NCBI GenBank assembly: GCA_951406725.2
Contig: OX597817.1
Span: 129,270,001 to 129,334,000 of the forward strand
Direction: 5' to 3'
Length of the DNA stretch: 64,000 nucleotides
From: Octopus vulgaris
Lineage: Eukaryota
A program made the position numbers and the translations under genes. Below, one piece after another: positions 42,577 to 58,110 of this stretch (within the stretch, counting starts at the first letter, position 1; every line of letters starts with the position of its first letter). The notes below the pieces were generated by a model that was not told the DNA's origin, searched no databases, and was given only the letters and a program-made list of their open reading frames with translations.

Positions 42577-42578
42577 TA

Positions 42579-42654
<76 letters not shown>

Positions 42655-42679
42655 TAATTATAAAAATGTGGGTTGCTAC

Positions 42680-44500
42680 CTATTGAACAGAAAGGGTGCC
42701 GAAAGAGGAGCAAAGAACGAATGATCTGCTCTTAATTGATAATCTAATTATCAGGAATTGCACGAGAAGACACACAAACCTTGACTGTCGTAAAGCATAC
42801 GGTAGGATACCAAGCTCCTGGATAATAAAAACAATGGATATGTATGGAGTAGCAGAAAAGAAGAGAAGCTTTATGAAATGCTGGAGACCGGAATTGACAG
42901 CAGGGAATCAAGTATTAGGAGAGGTGAAGATCAAGAGAGGAATCTACCAGGAGGACAGTGTATCCCCGCTGACTTTGTGCTGGGAATGATCACCTTGAGT
43001 GAAATACTACAGAAAACAAAGTTGGGGTATGATCCGGGAAGAAGTAAAGGAAGATTGAACCCCTTACTATTCATGGACGACTTGAAATTATTCACAAAAA
43101 GCGAGGCAGAACTGGACAGCCTAGTCCAGTTAGTGTGGATTTTCTCCAATGATGTTAATAGGGAGTTTGGGCTCTCAAAATGTGCTACGATGGTGATGAG
43201 ACGAGGAAAGCTTGTCAGGACAGAAAGCATAAGGTTGCCAAATGGTGAAACGATGAAGACAATTCAACCTCAGTCCAGTTACAAACACCTGGGAATACTT
43301 GAGGCAGATGGAATCAAACACAACGACATGAAGGAAAAGACAAATAAAGAGTACCTGCTGCGAGTGAGAAAAATATTGGCTTCAAAGCTGAATGTCAGAA
43401 ACATACTTTCGGCTATAAACTCGTGCATAGTCGTAGTAGTTCGGTATGGTGCTGGAATCCTGAAGTGGACAGAGGAGGAATTAAATGAGATGGACAGAAT
43501 GTCAAGAAAGCTCCTAACGATGCATGGAGACCATCAACCATATGCAGACACTGATCGTCTGTACATGAAGAGAGCAAATGGAGGAAACGAACTAAGTGTA
43601 GAAGACTGCGTACGTATCGAACTCGAGAGCTTAATGAGATGCTTAGCCCAAAGTAAAGAAACCTTACTAGTGTCAGTTAGGAACAAGGGAATATTGACAG
43701 CAGAAGAAAAAACGAAAAACAAAAGAAGTGCAAAAAGGACATGAAGAAGAATTACGCAAGAAAGAACTACACAGTTAATTCCATGCAGCCACGACAGAAA
43801 TTGCTGAAAAAATAGGTGAGATCCGCCGAAGAAAGGAACACTAAAAAAGAGACCGAGAGCACTATACTTGCAGCACAAGACAAAGCTTTGGCCACGAACT
43901 GGAGGATCAATCTTAGGATTGAGCAAGTGCCGCATCTGTAATAAACTGGATGAAACTATTGCCCATATCACGAACGAATGCCCTAAACTTGTCCCAAATC
44001 ACTACAAGTTGGAAGCTGTGTGTGAGACACTTACACAAAAAGAATACAATCACCGCCACGATAAAGTGTGTGCATATCTTCACTGGCTCATGCCATAAAT
44101 ACCAATATGAAGTAACAGAGAACTGATATGATCATGTACTAAGTAAAGTTATGCAAGAGGATGGAAAAGTAACGATACTCTGGGACTATGATTTTCGGAC
44201 AGATCGTGTAATCGAACATCGTCGTCGACTGGATATTGTCATAGTGAATAGAGGGACAAATACTGTCAGATCATTGATGTAGCCATACCAAATGCTATGA
44301 ATAGTCTGAATCCCATTGAAGCATCAAGACTTTTTAAGGCAACTGGAAATCCCATGTAAGATTGATGTCTCGCAACAAGAAGCATTATTGGACGCAACGC
44401 TCATTTTAAGGAAAGTATTAACTGTCTGAGGTCCTTGCTGTGACGTCACAGATGACTAAAGACTCCGGTGCATCTTTTCCCTACACTGTGTTACGAAGGA
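42680..44500 (+). pseudogene. R4/Dong-clade non-LTR retrotransposon (RT, CCHC, restriction-like endonuclease), 5'-truncated and frameshifted
   Basis: RKAY..IP.SWI, IKRGIYQ.DS.SP, LLFMDDLKLF, YKHLGILE, CRICNKLDETIAHITNEC, RHDKV, ILWDY.FRTD..DIV..IDVAIP; (TAA)n on both sides. Confidence 0.92.
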
Positions 44501-44521
44501 AGAATAATAATGATGATGATG

Positions 44522-44603
<82 letters not shown>

Positions 44604-44604
44604 A

Positions 44605-45009
<405 letters not shown>

Positions 45010-45094
45010 AAGAAGAAGAAGAAGAAGAAGAAGAAAAAGAAGAAGAAGAAGAAGACGAACAAGAAAACAACATAGCATGGTATGTAAAAATGCC

Positions 45095-45990
45095 ATAGAA
45101 CCGCTATTATTAGAAATAAGGCTAGGCTTGTGTAGGATGAAAGATTGCAAAGATAAAGCACTATACAAGAAATTAAATACGGATGAAACTGAAAATAGGT
45201 GGGTAAAGGAAAAAATGCATGGACAATTTCATAGGGATGTTGGAGATAAGACGGACAGAGAAAAAATGGCTGCGGATGACGAAAAGTGATTTAAAACCGT
45301 GAATGGAGGCTCGAATCTGTGCTTCCCAAGCTCAAGCACTAAGAACAAGCTACATAAAATACAGAATAGACAACACAGCAGAAAGGGATAAGTGCAGAGT
45401 CTGCGGACAAAACGATGAAACTGTATGGCATATTACCAACCAATATACGCTACTAGCCCAGAAGGAATATAAGAGGCGCCACGTCAATATAGCCAGGCTT
45501 GTCCATTGGACATATTGCAACAAGTATTAACTTGACAGAGCAAAAAATTGGTACGACCACAAACTTGAAGTCATCATCGAAAATAGAAATGCAAAGATCC
45601 TATGGGATTTTATGATTCAGTGCGACCATGAGATAGAGAATAGGAAGCCAGACATAGTCTTAATTGAGAAAGAAAACGAACTATGCTGGATCGTAGATAT
45701 AGCATGCCCAGCTGACAAGGTATGCGATAGGGAAGAAAAAAAAGTCGAGAGATATAACAGGTTAGCTTGGGAAGTTAAGCAGTTGTAGTCGATGAAAAAG
45801 GTAGCAGTAGTACCAATAATTATCGGAGCCCAGGGAACAGTAAGCAAAAGTCTCAAAAGGTACGTGGAACAAATTGGGGCTTCAATAAGGGTGGAGCACT
45901 TGCAGAAAACAACACTGCTTGGAACCTCTCGAATACTCCTGAAGGTGCTCGAAAAATAAGAAGTGTTACCTTAGTTCACTGGTAGTGAAC
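45095..45990 (+). pseudogene. Dong-like LINE C-terminal region, third family
   Basis: MHGQFHRD, CRVCGQNDETVWHI, YKRRH, KILWDFMIQCD..RKPDIV..VDIACP, PIIIGA.G, LLGTSRILLKVL*. Confidence 0.88.
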
Positions 45991-46199
45991 TAAGGTATCA
46001 TATATATATATCTATGTTAACTATATATACATATATATATGTATGTACATATATTTGTGTATTATCGCTACCATTGGTTTCATGTGAAATAAAATATCGT
46101 AATATATTAACAATTTTTAAAGCCGATCACATGGGGGAATGGTCTTTGTCTCGAGATGTATTATCCACCAATTTCATCCACCGATGCGGTGTTGAGCAC

Positions 46200-46428
46200 T
46201 AATTCTCGTGCTCGAAATTTACGCACGTGAACCGATGGCGATTTTCCTTCATCTTCATTGGACTTTTCCCTTTCTCCTTTCCGCCAACGAGCTATGCTCC
46301 AAACGTTAAAAGCTCTCTCCGTTGACTGAGCGTCAAATAAATATAATGCACATGTCCGTTTTTTTTTTGTTTTTCTCTTTTCATTTTTTATTCGTTTCAT
46401 GAACTGTTTGTTTGTTGAATTGACTACG
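46200..46428 (+). mobile_element. PLE-type 3' end with degenerate HHR-like motif (46277-46312)
   Basis: cttt ccgccaac gagc tat gctc caaacgtt aaaag; related to 63430-63635; ends at (TA)n. Confidence 0.55.
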
Positions 46429-46444
46429 TATATATATATATATA

Positions 46445-46535
<91 letters not shown>

Positions 46536-46600
46536 GGAAAAAAAACCATTATCGGTAAAAAAACTTGTACAGAAAGTTTTTTATATATATAATTATAAAT

Positions 46601-46948
46601 ATAATTAAGGGGTTAGCAACAAGTTGCTTCACCACATACCGAAAATTTAGGAAGAGCAGCCAAAAAGACAGCTAATTCTTTTTACTACAAATATGACTCC
46701 ACAGACAACAATAATTGTAACTAACATAGGCAAAAAGAAGAAAAAATAACGAAATCAAACAGTCTTCGATTAATTATGGACGCGATTAATCGAAGATTGT
46801 TCGATTTCGTTATTTTTTCTTCTTTTTACCTACGTGAGTTACAAATGTTTTTGTTTATGGAGTCATATTTGTAGTAAAAAATTAGCTGTCTTTTTGGTTG
46901 CTATTTCTAAATTTTTGGTATGTGGTGAAGCAACTTGTTGCTAAACCC

Positions 46949-46956
<8 letters not shown>
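46601..46956. repeat. Fold-back palindrome (about 174-bp arms, 10-nt loop) in (TA)n
   Basis: 46601-46774 is the reverse complement of 46785-46956; same family at 63030-63175. Confidence 0.92.
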
Positions 46957-46995
<39 letters not shown>

Positions 46996-47039
46996 TATAT
47001 GAATATATATATATATATATATATATACATACATATATA

Positions 47040-47520
47040 TATCCACTCTCACCTCCCCACCTCCCAACAACATCACACCACACCACACTAGACCATACCA
47101 CACAATACATCACATCACTACACACCACCACCCACACACCACCACTGACCAATTCCCATCCTCACATTTTCACACCTACACATACATACACGCACACGTG
47201 AAGATCACCAGCCCTCTTTCACACGCACATATGTACTGTCTTACACACACGCACACCTTCGTTTTGGGATCACTACTACTTTGTTGTCTCCCCTACTTCT
47301 TCGCTCTCCTGTGTAACCCTTCTGTCCGGCATTCGCCATGATAGATCGGTAGCCACTACACACATGTTTTTCTCACCTTGTTTCTTTCTGTGTGCCTTTC
47401 TATGGAAGAGCGTAGGCTCGGAACGTTAAAGACTTTTTCAATTCCCGAGCGTTATACTAATACATCTGTTTGTTTTCTAAACCACATGTCTTCGTCTTTT
47501 GTTTGTTTTATTTCATGAAT
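47040..47520 (+). mobile_element. PLE 3' UTR copy (family of 30890), HHR-like motif 47396-47431
   Basis: C-rich stretch, gatcactactacttt, cttt ctatggaa gagc gtag gctc ggaacgtt aaag. Confidence 0.78.
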
Positions 47521-47581
47521 GTATGTATGTATGTATGTATGTATGTATGTATGTATGTATGTATGTATGTATGTATGTATG

Positions 47582-47715
<134 letters not shown>

Positions 47716-48043
47716 GATATAAGGGTATGAATATATGTAGACATATTATGCTATGTATGCTGACTAAACGTTTGTTTCAAGAACATTAATCACACACGCA
47801 CAATAAATGAAAAATAAATTACTAAATACAAGGCGAGGGATCCAATGTTATTTCTCCTATACAATAGTTACTTATGAGAAAGTTATCATTCGAATCTGCA
47901 CATGCGCGAATTCTTAATAATTTACGATTCATTAATATATTCTCTTAGAATATTCTTTGTCATCTCTGAAATCGGAAATGTACGATTTGTCATTTCCATG
48001 CAAACTCGAGAAAGGTGGGTTGAAAGTATTATTATTATTATTA

Positions 48044-48098
<55 letters not shown>

Positions 48099-48592
48099 GA
48101 TCATCATCATCATCATCATCCTTTATCTTTCTAAAATTTGGAAATCTACTTAATGATTCATGAAACATTTTCGGAGGAATAACCTCGGCATTATTATAAT
48201 ATGAATAGCAGTTTTATATCACTGTGTGTGTGAGTGTGAGTGTGAGTATATGTGTGTGTATGTGTGTGCGTGCGTGTATATATGTATGTAAATATATACT
48301 TATGTGTATATATTAGATAAGTATATTAGATAATATCCATACATATGTGTATCTATCTATCTATGATATATTTATATATATACACAAACATATATATATA
48401 TATATTCATACACACACACACACACACACTCATATATGTATATATATATAATCCTATATATATATATGTGCTTCTATGTATATGTATGAGTATGCATATG
48501 CATTTATATATTGTGTGAGAGAGAAAGATTTAGTAATATATATACGTATTCATCGCAAGATGTATATGTATATATATGTATGTATATATATA

Positions 48593-48674
<82 letters not shown>

Positions 48675-49065
48675 AAATATATATAATGTATCATAAAACA
48701 TGAAAAATAGTCAAAAACAATATATATATATGCATGTATATGTCTAAGTAAATGTTACAGCGTATATGAATATATATAAACATAGACGCATGCACAATCG
48801 CATATATGCTTGTATATATGTGTATATGTGTGTGAGTGTGTCTGTGTGTCCACGCGCGCGTTTCCGTGTGTGTAAATTATGGACAGTAATGTATGGATAG
48901 TTATCGATATGGGAGGAGACATAAAGGCTTATGGACACGTATATCTATATATATGTTCATATTTATATGAATATGTGTGTATGCGTAAGTGTGTGTATAT
49001 ATATGTGTGTGTGCGTGCGTGTGTGCGTGCATGTGTGTGATGTTTGTGCGTATGCTAATGTGCAG

Positions 49066-49101
<36 letters not shown>

Positions 49102-49121
49102 GCATATATATATATATATAT

Positions 49122-49169
<48 letters not shown>

Positions 49170-49426
49170 CAACGAAAAAATGGAATGAAAACCGTGAAAG
49201 GAGAGTCCGTATATCCAGTGCTAATCCGGGTGGGATGCTAGTATGTAGTTGAAGAGAGATGCAGACAGTTGAGGAAGTAGTTCAGATATGCAGTTCCAAA
49301 GAGTAGGAAGTTAAATGAGGATTACATACATGTATATATGTATATATATATTAATGTATATAGATATATATTTACATACATACATATATATATACATATA
49401 TGTACATATATATATATGTGAATATG

Positions 49427-49480
<54 letters not shown>

Positions 49481-49611
49481 CACATATATATATATATATA
49501 CATATATGTATATCTATACATGTAAATAAATTTATATATATATATATATGTACATACGCACACACACACAAATATATGTATATATATATGTATGTATATA
49601 TACATATATGC

Positions 49612-49646
<35 letters not shown>

Positions 49647-49715
49647 AATATGCATTTATATATATATGAATATATATATGTAAATATATATATATATTTA
49701 CATACATAGATATAC

Positions 49716-49749
<34 letters not shown>

Positions 49750-49785
49750 TCATATATACACATATATATATAAATACATATGAAT

Positions 49786-49882
<97 letters not shown>

Positions 49883-49929
49883 CAGTAGAACCTCAGTGTT
49901 CGAAAAAAATCTAATCAGGAATAAATCCT

Positions 49930-49960
<31 letters not shown>

Positions 49961-50249
49961 TTACAATTGAGGATAAAATCTTTATAAGAAATTATCAGTA
50001 GTTAACGTGAAAAACCTCGTAAGAGAAAAAATCCGTAAATTTTTCCACACTTTGAAAATATTTATTTATATCATATTGAGGGTACTACTATTCATAGATA
50101 CCGCACGCTAAGAGGGACCAATGCGGTCAAAACTACTAAAATAAACAAAATTTTACCGAATGCAAAACTTCAAAGCAAGTCATTCAAAAAAAGAATTTAG
50201 TTACATAACACATGTGATTTCGCAATTAATGCAGAATATGCATTCTATG

Positions 50250-50302
<53 letters not shown>

Positions 50303-50580
50303 ACATACATACCGAATATGCCAGTGTATGAAATGCACTTTGTTTTCAGAAATGAAACAAAAATGATATTTTGCGTCTTATGTGATCATATTACGGACAG
50401 GATACCGAGTGTATGACGATTTAATGAAGTATATTAATCTTTTCTTTTTTTTTTTTACAGCATATACCTTTTTCCACAAAAATAATAGGTTTGGTCGTAT
50501 GTGAGAATGCGACTCATACGCCGGCAAATATGGAATGCTCATATATAAATATAAATAAATTTAAATACAGCAATACAGCA

Positions 50581-50629
<49 letters not shown>

Positions 50630-50760
50630 CGCGTGTGTGTGTGTGTGTGTGTGTGCGCATGTATTTAATAAATACCTGACATATACAAATATATGCAAAC
50701 ATGACGTCTGAATGAGACATGTTTGATTATTAATTCATTAGAAGTACAACAATACACTTC

Positions 50761-50798
<38 letters not shown>

Positions 50799-51979
50799 TG
50801 TATCTGTTTGTTTTCCTGTATTTATAGATATACTCATGCACAGGTATATACACACACACACACACACATTTGCACACACTAGTGTGTACATACACCGCAA
50901 ATACATGCATAAATGATAATTTTAGAAATATACATATGCATATAATTATACAATATATACATAAAAATACATACACATTTTTCACATAGTACACATGTAC
51001 ATATATAATGCGAACGGTTTTATATATAAGCAAAATTAAGTTTGTTTATAGTTTTTCAGTGAATAGTTTTTACTCATTTTAATTTGCATACATTTCTTAC
51101 GTAAGATGAAAAATTGTGAGTATTGAAATGAATGGATTTTAATCACAGTAAATATAATACATAAAAATAGTTAGTGAGGTGAGTAAATTAAATTAAAATT
51201 AAAATAGTTAATATTAAAATGATTCTTGAGAAGAAGATAGGAGAAAGATATAAAAACAATTATTCTCGGAAAATAAATCGCTCAACTCGCAATACATTTT
51301 AGATAGAATATAGTAATACTAAAATATACTGATATGAATGACGTTTAAATAATAAATAGCAAAATAGTAAATTATATATAATATAATATATCATAACTTT
51401 TCTTGATATTACCTGTAACCTTTGTAATGTATATTATTTGTATATTTGTATATTTGTATACATATACAAATATACAAAGGTATATGTAATGCAATGTATA
51501 TTATATATTTTATATATAATATATAATATAATGCATAACATATATAAATATATAAAATATATAATATGATGTATAATAAGTGATATATAAAGTATGAACT
51601 AATTGCAATAAGATATAGGAATAATATTTACAAACTAAAGTATACGCTTTATCAGGAACACTTATGATACAAAAGAAGTTTAAGACGAACTGAAAATATC
51701 AGATTTTATATAAATTGTATGCGGAATTATTATTATTGTATAATTATGATGTCAGTAATGATAGATATATAAATAGATATATCGCTATATGAATTTCACA
51801 TTGAAATATAGATATACGTATGGAAATATACACTTAATCATAACAACAAAATGTCAATCCTACAGTTAAGTGGTATTTGTAAATACAAATAGTATAAAAA
51901 TGTTAGTATAGATATTACTGGCAATATTAGTAATAAGTAATATTCGTACAGTGATTAATACATTAAATTTTATGGTGGG

Positions 51980-52560
51980 AAATGGTCTTTACCATTATGC
52001 AAATATCTGACTTTTAGAAGTTTACAAAACTTGTATGGCTACAACTTTCATTTGATATTGGGTCTTAGAAATAAGCTTAGTTTAACATCCTCGGTACATA
52101 AATTGCATCACTTTCTTTAAACAATTTAAGGCATAACTTATTTTACAATATTCCATTTAATATCGAAAAGGGTTCCATCTCCTTTCAGTGTCTGCACGTA
52201 AGCTAATAAGGAAGTAGAAAATTTTAAAACGAATATTCATTCGAATATATTATATTTAAATGTGTAAGAAGTGAAATTTAGTGTTTTTGAGACAGTAACA
52301 ATGCACTTGTGAATGATATATTTGGTTAAATAATTAGAATTAAGTATTGAGTCGGTGTAATACAATTGCATATCGAACCAGTAAATTATTAGCTGGATAA
52401 AGCTTATCCACAGTAGAAGCAATGTTACTAGCAAAGTTATTTCTACTGGAAAGAAATAGAGTAAGACCGGAGGAAATTGTTTCTTAACACAGGGGAACGG
52501 AAATTCTAAACTGAAAAAAGGATTATACCGAATCTTTTAAAGTTACCTCTATATTTAAAT
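51980..52560 (-). pseudogene. Highly degenerate Penelope-like linker and GIY-YIG region
   Basis: Minus: KIRYNPFFS, KYIIHKCIVT, STSLLAYVQTLK.DG..FDIKWNIVK..P....CNLCTED, paralleling the ORF at 1898-2290. Confidence 0.6.
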
Positions 52561-52565
52561 CTATC

Positions 52566-52665
52566 NNNNNNNNNNNNNNNNNNNNNNNNNNNNNNNNNNN
52601 NNNNNNNNNNNNNNNNNNNNNNNNNNNNNNNNNNNNNNNNNNNNNNNNNNNNNNNNNNNNNNNNN
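52566..52665. other. Assembly gap (100 N)
   Basis: Direct. Confidence 1.
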
Positions 52666-53089
52666 TTATTTTTATTATAATTTTTTTCCTTTATAATTTG
52701 TAAATATTATACTAATGCTTTTTCATGCAGAACTACATTTCATCAAAAAATTCTCTCTAAATTGAATGCTTGGCAGAAAAGGGGAGATTGTACATTTCGT
52801 ATTCTAAATACAACTAAAAGAGAAAAAAGAGAAAGAAAGAGGATAAAAGAAGGAAAGAGGAGAAAAAGAAAAAAGAAAGAGGGGAAGAGAGAAAGAAAGC
52901 AAAAAGAATTCCAACAATGACCACACAACATATTTGCCTTTTTTTTTGAAGAGGTCACTATTCTTAAAATTATTCCAATACAATGCTAACAGACTAAATA
53001 AATAAAAGAATTGGGAATAGGAAGGAGATCCCCCTTTTCTCTCTCCCTCTCTCTACCCATCAATCTATCAATCTATCAATCTATCCATG

Positions 53090-53161
<72 letters not shown>

Positions 53162-53404
53162 AGCCTATCAACCTACCTATATTTCTATCTGTATCTATTG
53201 TCATGGAGCCTCAACCAAAACAACAAAAACAATGTTCAATTCTTCTAAAGAACGCGCCACGCCCAGCAACACCTGTTTTATATAAATGAACAAGCTGTTT
53301 CCAGATTTACAAGTTCGAGAAACGAACGAAAGTGCTAATAATAATGAAGAAATAAAACGATTTTTTCCAAAATTCTGACGACTTTTTTTTCTCAATATAT
53401 ATAT

Positions 53405-53808
53405 AGGCGCAGGAGTGGCTGTGTGGTAAGTTGCTTGCTAACCAACCACATGGTCCCGGGTTCAGTCCCACTGCGTGGCATCTTGGGCAAGTGTCTTCTG
53501 CTATAGCCCCGGGCCGACCAATGCCTTGTGAGTGGATTTGGTAGACAGAAACTGAAAGAAGCCCGTCGTATATATGTATATGTGTATATGTTTGTGTGTC
53601 TGTGTTTGTTCCCCTAGCATTGCTTGACAACCGATGCTGGTGTGTTTACGTCCCCGTCACTTAGCGGTTCGGCAAAAGAGACCGATAGAATAAGTACTGG
53701 GCTTACAAAGAATAAGTCCCGGGGTCGATTTGCTCGACTAAAGGTGGTGCTCCAGCATGGCCGCAGTCAAATGACTGAAACAAGTAAAAGAGTAAAAGAG
53801 TAAAGAGT
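53405..53808 (+). mobile_element. SINE family A, full-length reference copy
   Basis: TGGCTGTGTGG, GGTTCAGTCCC, tail gtaaaagagtaaaagagtaaagag; TA on both sides. Confidence 0.93.
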
Positions 53809-53946
53809 ATATATGTATTGTCTTGTTTTCAATATATATATATATATAATTTATATGTATTTGGGGTACTTAATTGTGCTCATGACTTAGTGTTTGCTTC
53901 TTCCATGGGTATGAGTAAGTATCTCATTTATTTCTTTTACCACATT

Positions 53947-53999
53947 TATCACTGACGAAGGGAGGGCTCTTATGAGCTAACCCTAAAATTGGTCCGATA
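53947..53999 (+). ncRNA. Degenerate hammerhead motif in a (TA)n-flanked insert (about 53850-54150)
   Basis: tatca CTGACGA aggg..ggctc ttat gagct..ccct aAAA ttg GTC cgata; G12 mutated. Confidence 0.55.
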
Positions 54000-54504
54000 T
54001 GGTAATAATGGAATTTTTAAGAAAGTTCTGTTGACCTTTTTTCGAGTAGCGTGATTATTGTGAAAAATTTTATGGTTAATGGACAATATGTCCAACTTTT
54101 CAGCATATTTGGCATTAGAAATTTTTTCGTTTGCCCTTATTTATGAATTATATATATATATATATATATTTCTCTAGCGCTCGCTATTTTACCCTCGTTC
54201 TGGTCTAACGACCCTTCATGTTTGTTTTCGTTCGGTTTCTTTGTATGTCCTGTTTTAGTTCCCAAATTTGACACACTACCCATAAATCCCAAATTTTATT
54301 TTGGTACTTATAGGAGCAACTGTTTTCGAAGACTCATATTGACGTTCAGTACTCGAAATGAGGAGTAGATAGACAGCCGACAACTGATGAAGGGTCGTTG
54401 TTTATGTTACTTGTCCTGTTTTCAATTTGTTTCTCTCGTTTGCGTATTGAACTGTTTTCGTATTTCATGTTTACTATTGGAGACGTCCTGTACCCATATA
54501 TGTG

Positions 54505-54572
<68 letters not shown>

Positions 54573-54715
54573 CACATATATATATACACACATGTAGAAT
54601 ACATGCATATATAAGTGACCATACAAAGGAACCTGATGCACAACCCGCTTTGTAGTTAATTTGCGCGCGCGCGTGTGTGTGTGTGTGTATATATACATAT
54701 ATATGTTTGTATACA

Positions 54716-54822
<107 letters not shown>

Positions 54823-54840
54823 TGATATTTCCTTTTATGA

Positions 54841-56142
54841 AGGCGGCGAGCAGGCAGAAACGTTAACATGCCTGGTGATATGCTAAGCGGTATTTCGTCT
54901 GTCTACGTTCTGAGTTCAAATTCCGCCGAGGTCGACATTGCCTTTCATCCTTTCGGAGTCGATAAATTATAGTACCAGTTGCTTACTGGGGTCGATCTAA
55001 TCGACTGATCCCCTCCCCCAAAATTTTGGGCCTTGTGACTAGAGTAGAAAAAATATTTCCTCGTATGTTCAGTTATAATCCGTTTTGCTATAGTCACAAG
55101 GCCTGAAATTTGGGGTAAGTGGTAAAGTTGATTATATCGTTCCCAGTCAAAAACTCGTACTTAATTTATCGAGCCAGAAAGAATGAAAGACAAAGTTGAC
55201 CTCGGCAGTATTTGAACACAGAATGTAAAGACGGATGAAATACATCTAAGCATTTTGCTCAGCGAGCTACCTTATGTTCAGTTATAACTGTTTCTACAAA
55301 AGGAACAAGCCCTGAAATTTGTTTCACTGGTACTTATTTCACCGACTCCGAAAGGATGAAGGGCAAAGTTGACCACGTCGGAATTTGAACTCAGAACTTA
55401 GCGACGGGCAAAATACCTATTTCTTTACTACCCACAAGGGGCTAAACACTGAGAGAACAAACAAGGACAGACAAACGGATTAAGTCAATTATATCGACCC
55501 AAGTGCGTAACTGGTACTTATTTAATCGTCCCCGAAATAATGAAAGGCAAAGTCGACCTCAGCAGAATTTGAACTCGGCAGATGAAATACCTATTTCTTT
55601 ATTACCCACAAGGGGCTAAACATAGAGGGAACAAACAAGGACAGACATAGGTATTAAGTCGATTACATTGAGCCCAGTGCGTAACTGGTACTTAATTTAT
55701 CGACCCCGAAAGGATGAAAGGCAAAGTCGACCTCGGCGGAATTTGAACTCACAACGTAACGACAGATGAAATACCGCTAAGCATTTCGCCCGGTGTGCTA
55801 ACGATTCTGCCTGCTCGCCGCCTTTAACGTTCACTTATAATAAAAACAATTGTACACTAATTTGAAGGGTTACTGTATACTTTTCTAGAGTACAAATTTA
55901 TTATTCTTAAAAATGAATATTGGTTTCAAATTTTGGCACAAGGTCAGCAATTTTGGGGGAGTAGTTCAGTCCATTACATCGACTTCAGTGTTCAACAATT
56001 ATGTATTCTATCGACTCCGAATTGATGAAATGCAAAGTCGACCACCGTGGCTTTTGAACTCAGGACGTAAAAACATCAGAAAATACTGGTAAGAATTTTT
56101 TTTGCGGTACGGTAAGTATGTTGCTAGCTCACCGCCGCCTTA
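54841..56142. mobile_element. SINE family B cluster: 54841-55052(+), 55080-55272(-), 55290-55823(-, multimer), 55918-56142(-)
   Basis: Repeated cores; TSDs atatttcct..tatg and tatgttcagttataa. Confidence 0.88.
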
Positions 56143-56221
56143 TTCTCAAACAAGAATATTTTTGACAGTCACTTCGAAGTTTCAGCCATCTAAGCCATCG
56201 TAGGACACCACCACTTATATA

Positions 56222-56275
<54 letters not shown>

Positions 56276-56341
56276 TATATTAATATATAGATAGATATAA
56301 GATATATTTATATATACATCTATATATATATACACACACAC

Positions 56342-56372
<31 letters not shown>

Positions 56373-56817
56373 CATACATACATACATACATTCATACATA
56401 CATAAATACATACATAAATACACATACAAACACATATATATATACATACAGGTAGACAGATAGATATATAGATAGATGGATGGCTAGAAAGATAAATAGA
56501 CTGATAGACAAATAAGCATGTTTATACATGTATATATATACACGTGTGTATGCGAGCGTGCGCGCGCGAGTGTGTAAATATATATTTTGTTTTCTGAAAG
56601 CATATATTAGTATAGTTTATCATGAGATCTATTATATTTCGACACTTGCAAAATATACCTGTCATGTACGCATGAAAACATATGTAAAAGGGCGCATGCA
56701 CACACTCTACACACATTTACCATAAAGATAGTATTTACTTTTCTGTACTGTTATATGTCTGTAACCATATATACTAGAATTCAAATTATATATCCAAACA
56801 TATGTATTATGTGTATG

Positions 56818-56868
<51 letters not shown>

Positions 56869-56905
56869 CATATATATATAGATATATAGATATATAGATA
56901 TATAG

Positions 56906-56977
<72 letters not shown>

Positions 56978-57253
56978 CGCGAAATAAGGAGTAGATAGAC
57001 AGCCGACACCTGATTGCGGGTCCTTTCTCTGTATTTACTTGCCCTGTTTTCCATTTTTTCTTGATGTTTACGTATTTCATTCGTTTTTCCCTCGTTTGTT
57101 TACGTAATTCATGTTATTTGCTTCGTTGGTGATGTCATGTACCCATATATGCATTTAGTTCGATTTGAAAACCCCACTAGAATGGGAGAAAGCGCTAATA
57201 TATGATCTTAGTTATATGATGTATAAAAAACATGTAATACACATGTAATATAC

Positions 57254-57659
57254 AGGCGCAGGAGTGGCTGTGTGGTAAATAGCTTGTTTACCAACCACAT
57301 GGTTCCGGGTTCAGTCCCACTGCGTGGCACCTTGGGCAAGTGTCTTCTACTATAGCCTCGGGCCGACCAAAGCCTTGTGAGTAGATTTAATAGACGGAAA
57401 CTGAAAGAAGCCCGTCGTATATATGTATATTTATATATGCGTGTGTGTGTTTGTGTGAGTGCGTTTGTCCCCCTAGCATTGCTTGACAACCGACGCTGGT
57501 GTGTTTATGTCCCCGTTACTTAGCGGTTCGGCAAAAGAGACCGATAGAATAAGTACTGGGCTTACAGAATAAGTCCCGGGGTCGAGTTGCTCGGTTAAAG
57601 GCGGTGCTCCAGCATGGCCGCAGTCAAATGACTGAAACAAGTAAAAGAGTAAAAGAGTA
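57254..57659 (+). mobile_element. SINE family A, full-length
   Basis: Near-identical to the 53405 copy. Confidence 0.93.
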
Positions 57660-57754
57660 TACAAATAAATATCTGTAAATATAAAACCATCCAAATTTCT
57701 GAGTACCTCATTTCTTCTAATACATATATGCATATATATGCATATATATATATA

Positions 57755-58057
57755 TTCTTTTATTCTTATATTCTTTTACTTGTTTCAGTCATTTAAGCCT
57801 AGTATATATTCTATCCGTTTTCATGCGATGTTGTGGGGACAAACACATACACATACGCACACACACACATAAATACATACATACATACATACATACATAC
57901 ATACATACATACATACATACGACGGGCTTCTTTCAGTTTCCGCCTACCAAATCTACTCACAAGGCTTTGGACGACCCGAGGTGCCACGCAGAAGGATTGA
58001 ACCCGGAAATATGTGGTTGGTAAGCAAGCTACTTACTACAGACCCACTCCTGCACCT
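57755..58057 (-). mobile_element. SINE family A, internally deleted
   Basis: Tail and head present. Confidence 0.8.
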
Positions 58058-58110
58058 GTATATATATATATATGTATATATAATATTATTTATTATTGAT
58101 ATTATTATAT

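Noticed and set aside
54340-54510. CTGATGA at about 54385 in a repeat also present at 56980-57150
   Set aside because: No downstream stem II plus GAAA..NUH, and the sister copy reads cctgattgc; not called an HHR
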